Of a stretch of DNA of 64,000 nucleotides, positions 13,601 to 27,280 are shown one piece after another. Position 1 is the first letter of the stretch; each line of letters starts with the position of its first letter. The DNA comes from Leptogorgia sarmentosa. Its lineage: Eukaryota. The translations under genes and the position numbers were made by a program. Location of the stretch: assembly GCA_964658305.1 (NCBI GenBank), contig OZ210885.1:17050001-17114000 (forward strand). Direction: 5' to 3'. Under the pieces are notes generated by a model. That model made no database searches and was not told the DNA's origin. It saw nothing but the letters and a program-made list of their open reading frames with translations.

Positions 13601-16600
13601 GATCACCGAAGTTAAGCCTAGGTGGGCAAAGTTAGTACTTGGATGGGTGACCACCTGGGAATACTTTGTGTTGTAGACTTGCTTCATTTTATTGTATGTG
13701 TGTTTGTAAATAGGTTTGCTTTCAATGTAAACTTCAGGGATTTTGTTATTGCTACATCTGGAAATACTTTGTATTGTTGTTTTGCTAAATTTTATTTAAT
13801 GCCTATTTGTAAATAGGTTTGCTTTCAATTTCAACTTCAGGGTTTTGTTATTGTTACATGTTTAAAAAGTCTAACTTCCATCAACAAATGTCTACGACCA
13901 TACCAGTAGGAAAATACCAGTTCTTGTCTGATCACCGAAGTTAAGCCTAGGTGGGCAAGTTAGTACTTGGATGGGTGACCACCTGGGAATACTTTGTGTT
14001 GTAGACTTGCTTCATTTTATTGTATGTGTGTTTGTAAATAGGTTTGCTTTCAATTTCAACTTCAGGGTTTTGTTATTGTTACATGTTTAAAAAGTCTAAC
14101 TTCCATCAACAAATGTCTACGACCATACCAGTAAAAAAATACCGGTTCTCGACTGATCACCGAAGTTAAGCCTAGGTGGGCAAAGTTAGTACTTGGATGG
14201 GTGACCACCTGCGAATACTTTGTATTGTAGACTTGCTTCATTTTATTGTATGTGTGTTTGTAAATATAATTTCTTTCAATTTCAACTTCAGGGTTTTGTT
14301 ATTGTTACACGTTTAAAAAGTGTAACTTCCATCAACAAACGCTACGACCATACCAGTAGGAAAATACCGGTTCTCGTCTGATCACCGAAGTTAAGCCTAG
14401 GTGGGCAAATTAGTACTTGGATGGGTGACCACCTGGGAATACTTTGTGTTGTAGACTTGCTTCATTTTATTGTATGTGTGTTTGTAAATCGGTTTGCTTT
14501 CAATTTCAACTTCAGGGTTTTGTTATTGTTACACGTTTAAAATGTGTAACTTCCATCAACAAATGTCAACGACCATACCAGTAGGAAAATACCGGTTCTC
14601 GTCTGATCACCGAAGTTAAGCCTAGTTGGGCAAAGTTAGTACTTGGATGGGTGGCTACCTGGGAATACTTTGTGTTGTAGACTTGCTTCATTTTACTGTA
14701 TGTGTGTTTGTAAATAGGTTTGCTTTAAATGTAAACTTCAGGGATTTTGTTATTGCTACATCTGGAAATACTTTGTATTGTTGTTTTGCTAAATGTTATT
14801 TAATGCCTATTTGTAAATATAATTCCTTTCAATTTCAACTTCAGGGTTTTGTTATTGTTACACGTTTAAAAAATGTAACTTCCATCAACAAATGGTACGA
14901 CCATACCAGTAGGAAAATACCGGTTCTCGTTTGATCATCGAAGTTAAGCCTAGGTGGGAAAAGTTAGTACTTGGATGGGTGACCACCTGGGAATACTTTG
15001 TGTTGTAGACTTGCTTCATTTTATTGTATGTGTGTTTGTAAATAGGTTTGCTTTCAATTTCAACTTCAGGGTTTTGTTATTGTTACATGTTTAAAAAGTG
15101 TAACTTCCATCAACAAATGCCTACGACCATACCAGTAGGAAAATACCGGTTCTCGTCTGATCACCGAAATTAAGCCTAGGTTGGCAAAGTTAGTACTTGG
15201 ATGGGTGACTACCTGGGAATACTTTGTGTTGTAGACTTGCTTCATTTTATTGTATGTGTGTTTGTAAATATAATTTCTTTCAATTTCAACTTCAGGGTTT
15301 TGTTATTGTTACAAGTTTAAAAAGTGTAACTTCCATCAACAAATGTCTACGACCATACCAGTAGGAAAATACCAGTTCTCGTCTGATCACCGAAGTTAAG
15401 CCTAGGTGGGCAAAGTTAGTACTTTGATGGGTGAGCACCTGGGAATACTTTGTGTTGTAGACTTGCTTCATTTTATTGTATGTGTGTTTGTAAATAGGTT
15501 TGCTTTAAATGTAAACTTCAGGGATTTTGTTATTGCTACATCTGGAAATACTTTGTATTGTTGTTTTGCTAAATGTTATTTAATGCCTATTTGTAAATAT
15601 AATTCCTTTCAATTTCAACTTCAGGGTTTTGTTATTGTTACACGTTTAAAAAATGTAACTTCCATCAACAAATGTCTACGACCATACCAGTAGGAAAATA
15701 CCGGTTCTCGTCTGATCACCGAAGTTAAGCCTAGGTGGGCAAAGTTAGTACTTGGAAGGGTGACCACCTGGGAATACTTTGTGTTGTAGACTTGCTTCAT
15801 TTTATTGTATGTGTGTTTGTAAATAGGTTTGCTTTCAATGTTAACTTAAGGGATTTTGTTCTTGCTACATCTGGAAATACTTTGTATTGTTGTTTTGCTA
15901 AATGTTATTTAATGCCTATTTGTAAATATAATTCCTTTCAATTTCAACTTCAGGGTTTTGTTATTGTTACATGTTTAAAAAGTGTTACTTGCATCAACAA
16001 ATGTCTACGACCATACCAGTAGGAAAATACCGGTTCTCGTCTGATCACCGAAGTTAAGTCTAGGTGGGCAAAGTTAGTACTTGGATGGGTGACCACCTGG
16101 GAATACTTTGTGTTGTAGACTTCCTTCTTTCTATTGTATGTGTGTTTGTAAATAGGTTTGCTTTCAATTTCAACTTCAGGGTTTTGTTATTGTTACACGT
16201 TTAAAAAGTGTTACTTCCATCAACAAAATGTCTACGACCATACCAGTAGGAAAATACCGGTTCTCGTCTGATCACCGAAGTCAAGCCTAGGTGGGCAAAG
16301 TTAGTACTTGGATGGGTGACTACCTGGGAATACTTTGTGTTGTAGACTTGCTTCATTTTATTGTATGTGTGTTTGTAAATAGGTTTGCTTTCAATTTCAA
16401 CTTCAGGGTTTTGTTATTGTTACACGTTCAAAAAGTGTAACTTCCATCAACAAATGTCTACGACCATACCAGTAGGAAAATACTGGTTCTTGTCTGATCA
16501 CCGAAGTTAAGCCTAGGTGGGCAAAGTTTAGTACTTGGATGGGTGACCACCTGGGAATACTTTGTGTTGTAGACTTGCTTCATTTTATTGTATGTGTGTT

Positions 16601-19600
16601 TGTAAATAGGTTTGCTTTCAATTTCAACTTCAGGGTTTTGTTATTGTTACATGTTTAAAAAGTGTAACTTACGTCAACAAATGTCTACGACCATACCAGT
16701 TGGAAAATACCGGTTCTTGTCTGATCACCGAAGTTAAGCCTAGGTGGGCAAAGTTAGTACTTGGATGGGTGACCACCTGGGAATACTTTGTGTTGTAGAC
16801 TTGCTTCATTTTATTGTATGTGTGTTTGTAAATAGGTTTGCTTTCAATGTAAACTTCAGGGATTTTGTTATTGCTACATCTGGAAATACTTTGTATTGTT
16901 GTTTTGCTAAATTTTATTTAATGCCTATTTGTAAATAGGTTTGCTTTCAATTTCAACTTCAGGGTTTTGTTATTGTTACATGTTTAAAAAGTCTAACTTC
17001 CATCAACAAATGTCTGCGACCATACCAGTAGGAAAATACCAGTTCTTGTCTGATCACCGAAGTTAAGCCTAGGTGGGCAAGTTAGTACTTGGATGGGTGA
17101 CCACCTGGGAATACTTTGTGTTGTAGACTTGCTTCATTTTATTGTATGTGTGTTTGTAAATAGGTTTGCTTTCAATTTCAACTTCAGGGTTTTGTTATTG
17201 TTACATGTTTAAAAAGTCTAACTTCCATCAACAAATGTCTACGACCATACCAGTAAAAAAATACCGGTTCTCGACTGATCACCGAAGTTAAGCCTAGGTG
17301 GGCAAAGTTAGTACTTGGATGGGTGACCACCTGCGAATACTTTGTATTGTAGACTTGCTTCATTTTATTGTATGTGTGTTTGTAAATATAATTTCTTTCA
17401 ATTTCAACTTCAGGGTTTTGTTATTGTTACACGTTTAAAAAGTGTAACTTCCATCAACAAACGCTACGACCATACCAGTAGGAAAATACCGGTTCTCGTC
17501 TGATCACCGAAGTTAAGCCTAGGTGGGCAAAGTTAGTACTTGGATGGATAACCACCTGCGAATACTTTGTGTTGTAGACTTGCTTCATTTTATTGTATGT
17601 GTGTTTGTAAATAGGTTTGCTTTCAATTTCAAATTCAGGGTTTTGTTATTGTTACACGTTTAAAATGTGTAACTTCCATCAACAAATGTCTACGACCATA
17701 CCAGTAGGAAAATACCGGTTCTCGTGTGATCACCGAAGTTAAGCCTAGGTGGGCAAAGTTAGTACTTGGATGGCTGACCACCTCGGAATACTTTGTGTTG
17801 TAGACTTGCTTCATTTTATTGTATGTGTGTTTGTAAATAGGTTTGCTTTCAATTTCAACTTCAGGGTTTTGTTATTGTTACACGTTTAAAAAGTGTAACT
17901 TCCCTCAACAAATGTCTACGACCATACCAGTAGGAAAATACCGGTTCTCGTCTGATCACCGAAGTTAAGCCTAGGTGGGCAAAGTTAGTACTTGGATGGG
18001 TGACCACCTGGGAATACTTTGTGTTGTAGACTTGCTTCATTTTATTGTATGTGTGTTTGTAAATAGGTTTGCTTTCAATTTCAACTTCAGGGTTTTGTTA
18101 TTGTTACACGTTTAAAAAGTGTTACTTCCAACAACAAATGTCTACGACCATACCAGTAGGAAAATACCGGTTCTCGTCTGATCACCGAAGTAAAGGGTAG
18201 GTGGGCAAAGTTAGTACTTGGATGGGTGACCACCTGGGAATACTTTGTGTTGTAGACTTGCTTCATTTTATTGTATGTGTGTTTGTAAATAGGTTTGCTT
18301 TCAATTTCAACTTCAAGGTTTTGTTATTGTTACACGTTTAAAATGTGTAACTTCCATCAACAAATGTCAACGACCATACCAGTTGGAAAATACCGGTTCT
18401 CGTCTGATCACCGAAGTTAAGCCTAGGTGGGCAAAGTTAGTACTTGGATGGGTGACTACCTGGGAGGGTGACTACCTGGGAATACTTTGTGTTGTAGACT
18501 TGCTTCATTTTATTGTATGTGTGTTTGTAAATATAATTCATTTCAATTTCAACTTCAGGGTTTTGTTATTGTTACACGTTTAAAAAGTGTAATTTCCATC
18601 AACAAATGTCTACGACCATACCAGTAGGAAAATACCTGTTCTTGTCTGATCACCGAAGTTAAGCCTAGGTGGGCAAACTTAGTACTTGGATGGGTGACCA
18701 CCTGGGAATACTTTGTGTTGTAGACTTGCTTCATTTTATTGTATGTGTGTTTGTAAATAGGTTTGCTTTCAATTTCAACTTCAGGGATTTTTTTATTGCT
18801 ACATCTGGAAATACTTTCTATTGTTGTTTTGCTAAATGTTATTTAATGCCTATTTGTAAATATAATTCCTTTCAATTTCAACTTCAGGGTTTTGTTATTG
18901 TTACACGTTTAAAAAATGTAACTTCCATCAACAAATGTCTACGACCATACCAGTAGGAAAATACCGGTTCTCGTCTCATCACCGAAGTTAAGCCTAGGTG
19001 GGCAAAGTTAGTACTTGGATGGGTGACCACCTGGGAATACTTTGTGTTGTAGACTTGCTTCATTTTATTGTATGTGTGTTTGTAAATAGGTTTGCTTTCA
19101 ATGTAAACTTCAGGGATTTTGTTATTGCTACATCTGGAAATACTTTGTATTGTTGTTTTGCTAAATGTTATTTAATGCCTATTTGTAAATATAATTCCTT
19201 TCAATTTCAACTTCAGGGTTTTGTTATTGTTACACGTTTAAAAAGTGTTACTTCCATCAACAAATGCTACGACCATACCAGTAGGAAAATACCGGTTCTC
19301 GTCTGATCTCCGAAGTTAAGCCTAGGTGGGCAAGTTAGTACGTGGATGGGTGACCACCTGGGAATACTTTGTGTTGTAGAGTTGCTTCATTTTATTGTAT
19401 GTGTGTTTGTAAATAGGTTTGCTTTCAATTTCAACTTCAGGGTTTTGTTATTGTTACACGTTTAAAAAGTGTAACTTCCATCAACAAATGTCTACGACCA
19501 TACCAGCAGGAAAATACCGGTTCTTGTCTGATCACCGAAGTTAAGCCTAGGTGGGCAAGTTAGTACTTGGATGGGTGACCACCTGGGAATACTTTGTGTT

Positions 19601-22600
19601 GTAGACTTGCTTCATTTTATTGTATGTGTGTTTGTAAATAGGTTTGCTTTCAATGTGAACTTCAGGGGTTTTGTTATTGCTACATCTGGAAATACTTTGT
19701 ATTGTTGTTATGCTAAATTTTATTTAATGCCTATTTGTAAATAGGTTTGCTTTCAATTTCAACTTCAGGGTTTTGTTATTGTTACATGTTTAAAAAGTGT
19801 AACTTCCATCAACAAATGTCTACGACCATACCAGTAGGAAAATACCAGTTCTTGTCTGATCACCAAAGTTAAGCCTAGGTGGGCAAGTTAGTACTTGGAT
19901 GGGTGACCACCTGCGAATACTTTGTGTTGTAGACTTGCTTCATTTTATTGTATGTGTGTTTGTAAATAGGTTTGCTTTCAATTTCAACTTCAGGGTTTTG
20001 TTATTGTTACATGTTTAAAAAGTCTAACTTCCATCAACAAATGTCTACGACCATACCAGTAGGAAAATACCAGTTCTTGTCTGATCACCGAAGTTAAGCC
20101 TAGGTGGGCAAGTTAGTACTTGGATGGGTGACCACCTGGGAATACTTTGTGTTGTAGACTTGCTTCATTTTATTGTATGTGTGTTTGTAAATAGGTTTGC
20201 TTTCAATTTCAACTTCAGGGTTTTGTTATTGTTACATGTTTAAAAAGTCTAACTTCCATCAACAAATGTCTACGACCATACCAGTAAAAAAATACCGGTT
20301 CTCGACTGATCACCGAAGTTGAGCCTAGGTGGGCAAAGTTAGTACTTGGATGGGTGACCACCTGCGAATACTTTGTATTGTAGACTTGCTTCATTTTATT
20401 GTATGTGTGTTTGTAAATATAATTTCTTTCAATTTCAACTTCAGGGTTTTGTTATTGTTACACGTTTAAAAAGTGTAACTTCCATCAACAAACGCTACGA
20501 CCATACCAGTAGGAAAATACCGGTTCTCGTCTGATCACCGAAGTTAAGCCTAGGTGGGCAAAGTTAGTACTTGGATGGATAACCACCTGCGAATACTTTG
20601 TGTTGTAGACTTGCTTCATTTTATTGTATGTGTGTTTGTCAATAGGTTTGCTTTCAATTTCAAATTCAGGGTTTTGTTATTGTTACACGTTTAAAATGTG
20701 TAACTTCCATCAACAAATGTCTACGACCATACCAGTAGGAAAATACCGGTTCTCGTGTGATCACCGAAGTTAAGCCTAGGTGGGCAAAGTTAGTACTTGG
20801 ATGGCTGACCACCTGGGAATACTTTGTGTTGTAGACTTGCTTCATTTTATTGTATGTGTGTTTGTAAATAGGTTTGCTTTCAATTTCAACTTCAGGGTTT
20901 TGTTATTGTTACACGTTTAAAAAGTGTAACTTCCCTCAACAAATGTCTACGACCATACCAGTAGGAAAATACCGGTTCTCGTCTGATCACCGAAGTTAAG
21001 CCTAGGTGGGCAAAGTTAGTACTTGGATGGGTGACCACCTGGGAATACTTTGTGTTGTAGACTTGCTTCATTTTATTGTATGTGTGTTTGTAAATAGGTT
21101 TGCTTTCAATTTCAACTTCAGGGTTTTGTTATTGTTACACGTTTAAAAAGTGTTACTTCCAACAACAAATGTCTACGACCATACCAGTAGGAAAATACCG
21201 GTTCTCGTCTGATCACCGAAGTAAAGGGTAGGTGGGCAAAGTTAGTACTTGGATGGGTGACCACCTGGGAATACTTTGTGTTGTAGACTTGCTTCATTTT
21301 ATTGTATGTGTGTTTGTAAATAGGTTTGCTTTCAATTTCAACTTCAAGGTTTTGTTATTGTTACACGTTTAAAATGTGTAACTTCCATCAACAAATGTCA
21401 ACGACCATACCAGTTGGAAAATACCGGTTCTCGTCTGATCACCGAAGTTAAGCCTAGGTGGGCAAAGTTAGTACTTGGATGGGTGACTACCTGGGAGGGT
21501 GACTACCTGGGAATACTTTGTGTTGTAGACTTGCTTCATTTTATTGTATGTGTGTTTGTAAATATAATTCATTTCAATTTCAACTTCAGGGTTTTGTTAT
21601 TGTTACACGTTTAAAAAGTGTAATTTCCATCAACAAATGTCTACGACCATACCAGTAGGAAAATACCTGTTCTTGTCTGATCACCGAAGTTAAGCCTAGG
21701 TGGGCAAAGTTAGTACTTGGATGGGTGACCACCTGGGAGTACATTGTATTGTAGACTTGCTTCATTTTATTGTATGTGTGTTTGTAAATAGGTTTGCTTT
21801 CAATGTAAACTTCAGGGATTTTGTTATTGCTACATCTGGAAATACTTTGTATTGTTGTTTTGCTAAATGTTATTTAATGCCTATTTGTAAATATAATTCC
21901 TTTCAATTTCAAGTTCAGGGTTTTGTTATTGTTACACGTTTAAAAAATGTAACTTCCATCAACAAATGTCTACGACCATACCAGTAGGAAAATACCGGTT
22001 CTCGTCTGATCACCGAAGTTAAGCCTAGGTGGGCAAAGTTAGTACTTGGATGGGTGACCACCTGGGAATACTTTGTGTTGTAGACTTGCTTCATTTTATT
22101 GTATGTGTGTTTGTAAATAGGTTTGCTTTCAATTTCAACTTCAGGGTTTTGTTATTGTTACACGTTTAAAAAGTGTAACTTCCAACAACAAATGTCTACG
22201 ACCATACCAGTAGGAAAATACTGGTTCTCGTCTGATCACCGAAGTTAAGCCTAGGTGGGCAAAGTTAGTACTTGGATGGGTGACCACCTGGGAATACTTT
22301 GTGTTGTAGACTTGCTTCATTTTATTGTATGTGTGTTTGTAAATAGGTTTGCTTTCAATTTCAACTTCAGGGTTTTGTTATTGTTACACGTTTAAAAAGT
22401 GTTACTTCCATCAACAAATGTCTACGACCATACCAGTAGGAAAATACTGGTTCTCGTCTGATCACCGAAGTTAAGCCTAGGTGGGCACAGTTAGTACTTG
22501 GATGGGTGACCACCTGAGAATACTTTGTGTTGTAGACTTGCTTCATTTTATTGTATGTGTGTTTGTAAATAGGTTTGCTTTCAATTTCAACTTCAGGGTT

Positions 22601-25103
22601 TTGTTATTGTTACATGTTTAAAAAGTGTAACTTCCATCAACAAATGTCTACGACCATACCAGTAGGAAAATACCGGTTCTCGTCTGCTCACCGAAGTTAA
22701 GCCTAGGTGGGCAAAGTTAGTACTTTGATGGGTGACCACCTGGGAATACTTTGTGTTGTAGACTTGCTTCATTTTATTGTATGTGTGTTTGTAAATAGGT
22801 TTGCTTTCAATGTAAACTTCAGGGATTTTTTTATTGCTACATCTGGAAATACTTTGTATTGTTGTTTTGCTAAATGTTATTTAATGCCTATTTTTAAATA
22901 TAATTCGTTTCAATTTCAACTTAAGGGTTTTGTGATTGTTACACGTTTAAAAAATGTAACTTCCATCAACAAATGTCTACGACCATACCAGTAGGAAAAT
23001 ACCAGTTCTCGTCTGATCACCGAAGTTAAGCCTAGGTGGGCAATTAGTACTTGGATGGGTGACCACCTGGGAATACTTTGTGTTGTAGACTTGCTTCATT
23101 TTATTGTATGTGTGTTTGTAAATAGGTTTGCTTTCAATTTCAACTTCAGGGTTTTGTTATTGTTAGACGTTTAAAAAGTGTTACTTCCATCAACAAATGT
23201 CTACGACCATACCAGTAGGAAAATACCGGTTCTCGTCTGATCACCGAAGTTAAGCCTAGGTGGGCAAAGTTAGTACTTGAATGGGTGACCACCTGGGAAT
23301 ACTTTGTGTTGTAGACTTGCTTCATTTTATTGTATGTGTGTTTGTAAATAGGTTTGCTTTCAATTTCAACTTCAGGGTTTTGTTATTGTTACACGTTTAA
23401 AATGTGTAACTTCCATCAACAAATGTCAACGACCATACCAGTAGGAAAATACCGGTTCTCGTCTGATCACCGAAGTTAAGCCTAGGTGGGCAAAGTTAGT
23501 ACTTGGATGGGTGACTACCTGGGAATACTTTGTGTTGTAGACTTGCTTCATTTTACTGTATGTGTGTTTGTAAATATAATTCCTTTCAATTTCAACTTCA
23601 GGGTTTTGTTATTGTTACACGTTTAAAAAGTGTTACTTCCATCAACAAATGCTACGACCATACCAGTTGGAAAATACCGGTTCTCGTCTGATCACCGAAG
23701 TTAAGCCTAGGTCGGCTAGTTAGTACGTGGATGGGTGACCACCTGGGAATACTTTGTGTTGTAGAGTTGCTTCATTTAATTGTATGTGTGTTTGTAAATA
23801 GGTTTGCTTTCAATTTCAACTTCGGGGTTTTGTTATTGTTACACGTTTAAAAAGTGTAACTTCCATCAACAAATGTCTACGACCATACCAGTAGGAAAAT
23901 ACCGGTTCTTGTCTGATCACTGAAGTTAAGCCTAGGTGGGCAAGTTAGTACTTGGATGGGTGACCACCTGGGAATACTTTGTGTTGTAGACTTGCTTCAT
24001 TTTATTGTATGTGTGTTTGTAAATAGGTTTGCTTTCAATGTGAACTTCAGGGGTTTTGTTATTGCTACATCTGGAAATACTTTGTATTGTTGTTTTGCTA
24101 AATTTTATTTAATGCCTATTTGTAAATAGGTTTGCTTTCAATTTCAACTTCAGGGTTTTGTTATTGTTACATGTTTAAAAAGTGTAACTTCCATCAACAA
24201 ATATCTACGACCATACCAGTAGGAAAATACCAGTTCTTGTCTGATCACCGAAGTTAAGCCTAGGTGGGCAAGTTAGTTCTTGGATGGGTGACCACCTGGG
24301 AATACTTTGTGTTGTAGACTTGCTTCATTTTATTGTATGTGTGTTTGTAAATAGGTTTGCTTTCAATTTCAACTTCAGGGTTTTGTTATTGTTACATGTT
24401 TAAAAAGTCTAACTTCCATCAACAAATGTCTACGACCATACCAGTAGGAAAATACCAGTTCTTGTCTGATCACCGAAGTTAAGCCTAGGTGGGCAAGTTA
24501 GTACTTGGATGGGTGACCACCTGGGAATACTTTGTGTTGTAGACTTGCTTCATTTTATTGTATGTGTGTTTGTAAATAGGTTTGCTTTCAATTTCAACTT
24601 CAGGGTTTTGTTATTGTTACATGTTTAAAAAGTCTAACTTCCATCAACAAATGTCTACGACCATACCAGTAGGAAAATACCGGTTCTCGACTGATCACCG
24701 AAGTTAAGCCTAGGTGGGCAAAGTTAGTACTTGGATGGGTGACCACCTGCGAATACTTTGTATTGTAGACTTGCTTCATTTTATTGTATGTGTGTTTGTA
24801 AATATAATTTCTTTCAATTTCAACGTCAGGGTTTTGTTATTGTTACACGTTTAAAAAGTGTAACTTCCATCAACAAACGCTACGACCATACCAGTAGGAA
24901 AATACCGGTACTCGTCTGATCACCGAAGTTAAGCCTAGGTGGGCAAAGTTAGTACTTGGATGGGTAACCACCTGCGAATACTTTGTGTTGTAGACTTGCT
25001 TCATTTTATTGTATGTGTGTTTGTAAATAGGTTTGCTTTCAATTTCAACTTCAGGGTTTTGTTATTGTTACACGTTTAAAAAGTGTAACTTCCATCAACA
25101 AAT

Positions 25104-25211
25104 GTCTACGACCATACCAGTAGGAAAATACCGGTTCTCGTCTGATCACCGAAGTTAAGCCTAGGTGGGCAAAGTTAGTACTTGGATGGGTGACCACCTG
25201 GGAATACTTTG
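25104..25211 (+). pseudogene. RNA5S: 5' part (nt 1-108) of the 5S gene interrupted by the element
   Basis: Consensus 5S sequence stops after GGGAATACTTTG. The rest of the gene resumes at 49170 (GAATACTTTGTGTTGTAGAC). Confidence 0.93.
25202..25211 (+). repeat. Left target-site duplication GAATACTTTG
   Basis: Identical to 49170-49179; equals 5S nt 99-108. Confidence 0.9.
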
Positions 25212-25216
25212 ATTAA

Positions 25217-25252
25217 TGTCCAATACCCTCGACTTTATACGATTCGTGAATA
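25217..25252 (+). repeat. Left terminal inverted repeat core (36 bp)
   Basis: TGTCCAATACCCTCGACTTTATACGATTCGTGAATA matches the reverse complement of 49129-49164 at 33 of 36 positions. It starts 5 bp inside the element end. Confidence 0.92.
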
Positions 25253-25414
25253 GGATCAGGAGTCGTCCGATTCGTTAGATTGGTAAGCTTTGTAGCAATA
25301 CCATAACAACACGAATCGTATTTGTCTCAAATTGACGAAGAGTCTTTAAGTTAACACGATAATATTGGTCTATGAGGTGTCTGTGATATAAAGTAGCGCG
25401 TAACCTCAATGCCA

Positions 25415-26449
25415 GGGAATGGCTTTGTGGATTCGTACCATTCGTACGAATCGTACGAACCGTTCGATTGGTAAACAAACCGTTCGATTGGTTCGCTCCC
25501 AGATCCGTTCAAATGGTGAGATTCGTACACCCAAAAGGCTAACCCGCCTGGGAGGAAATGGCTTTGTAGATTCGTGCCATTCGTACGAACCGTTCGATTG
25601 GTAAACGCTCCCAGATTCGTTCAAATGGTGAGATTCGTACACCCAAAAGGCTAACCCGTCTGGGAAGGTTAACCGGCCTGGGTGGAAATGGCTTTGTAGA
25701 TTCGTGCCATTCGTACGAATCGTACGAACCGTTCGATTGGTAAACGCTCTCAGATTTGTTCAAATGGTTAGATTCGTACACCCAAAAGGCTAACCCGTCT
25801 GGGAAGGTTAACCGGCCTGGGTGGAAATGGCTTTGTAGATTCGTGCCATTCGTACGAATCGTACAAACCGTTCGATTGGTAAACGCTCCCAGATTCGTTC
25901 AAATGGTTAGATTCGTACACCGAAAAGGCTAACCCGTCTGGGAAGGTTAACCGGCCTGGGTGGGAATGACTTTGTAGATTCGTGCCATTCGTAGGAATCG
26001 TACGAACCGTTCGATTCGTAAACTCGTTCAGATTCGTTCAAATGGTTAGATTCGTACACCGAAAAGGCTAACCCGTCTGGGAAGGTTAACCGGCCTGGGT
26101 GGAAATGACTTTGTAGATTCGTGCCATTCGTACGAACCGTTCGATTCGTAAACTCGTTCAGATTCGTTCAAATGGTTAGATTCGTACACCCAAAAGGCTA
26201 ACCCGCCTGGGTGGAATTGGCTTTGTAGATTCGTGCCATTCGTACGAATCGTACGAACCGTTCGATTCGTAAACTCGTTCAGATTCGTTCAAATGGTTAG
26301 ATTCGTGAACCCGGCAAAAGGTTAACCCGCCTGGGAGGAAAGGGCTTTGTAGATTCGTGCCATTCGTACGAATCGTACGAACCGTTCGATTGGTAAACGC
26401 TCTCAGATTCGTTCAAATGGTGAGATTCGTACACCCAAAAGGCTAACCC
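25415..26449 (+). repeat. Subterminal minisatellite, 8 units of about 112-139 bp
   Basis: Units start near 25415, 25554, 25684, 25823, 25962, 26101, 26213 and 26337 (GGAAATGGCTTTGTAGATTCGTGCCATTCGTACGAA...). Rich in GATTCGT and the palindrome TTCGTACGAA. Confidence 0.9.
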
Positions 26450-27280
26450 ACCATTTCTATTATTGAAGATAAATGAAATGAAATAACAAAATAATTGACC
26501 ATCAGATTTTGTACTGCATCTCTAAGTTTTGATTCTGGAGTATATACAGCTATCACATTAATTTTTCGTGAAGTAGTCATTCAAATTTCAAGCGAATATT
26601 TGCTGAAAAGCTAAGCTATATTCGTGAATTAATGTTACAGCTACTCCACAAAAGGTGTGTGCTGTTTATATTGATGGACGTGTGGGTGAATAATTTATGT
26701 ACAAGTTCCAAGTAATACTAGAGGTCTTATTACACATTGATTGTTTAGTTTACTTACATGCTTATTAAGATAAAAACTTGAACGGTTGTTCAAATTTGTA
26801 GCTAATTGTGTAATACAATTATGTCAAATAACAATATTATAGGAGAAATTTCTTTTAAAAATATCTGTTGCAGTGCAACGAAACAAATGTAACGGCTTGT
26901 ATAGTAAGGCATTGTTTCATTGCAATAGCCATATCACGGATTTAGCTTTGTTGAGGTTCATACGTTGAATTTTGGTTGCATCGAATGCAATTCAAACAAT
27001 AGATAATGAAGTTATAGTCATCTCATTATCTATTGTTTGACGCTCGAAGCGACCAAAATTCAGCGTATGAAATTGACCTTATTGACACAACAGATGGAAT
27101 GTACGCTTTCCACAACTCCTTATAAATTTGTTCCCTAAATTTGAGAATAAAGTAAAATGAGCTAAAATTAGACATTCTTTTATTTATAAATGTGAAAGAT
27201 TATAACTGATTGATATTAATAATTTCCAGTGTAATATGCGTGCATGCCATTTACATTAAAAAATTGATATACTGAATAGT

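Larger units (their letters stand above)
1..25211 (+). rRNA. RNA5S: Tandem 5S rDNA array, left arm (about 100 copies, estimated; 226-bp and 329-bp units)
   Basis: A ~120-nt unit GTCTACGACCATACC...GATCACCGAAGTTAAGC...TTAGTACTTGGATGGGTGACCACCTGGGAATAC...GTTGTAGACTT is repeated head-to-tail. It has the conserved eukaryotic 5S motifs and complementary ends GTCTAC/GTAGAC. Periods read from repeated landmarks: 758->1087 = 329, and 1416->1868 = 2x226. Confidence 0.95.

Noticed and set aside
35..24900. Dozens of 60-102 aa ORFs (MGKVSTWMGDHLGILCVV...) in both array arms
   Set aside because: They are translations of the 5S gene and spacer repeats, mostly from GTG/TTG starts, with no coding signal.
25213..25216. 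TTAA at the left end suggesting a piggyBac/Kolobok-type TSD
   Set aside because: There is no TTAA at the right junction or in the 5S target. The 10-bp duplication explains both junctions.
25415..26449. Possible CRISPR array or protein-coding repeat
   Set aside because: Units repeat along their whole length with no unique spacers, there are no cas genes, and the context is eukaryotic. The overlapping ORFs are repeat translations.
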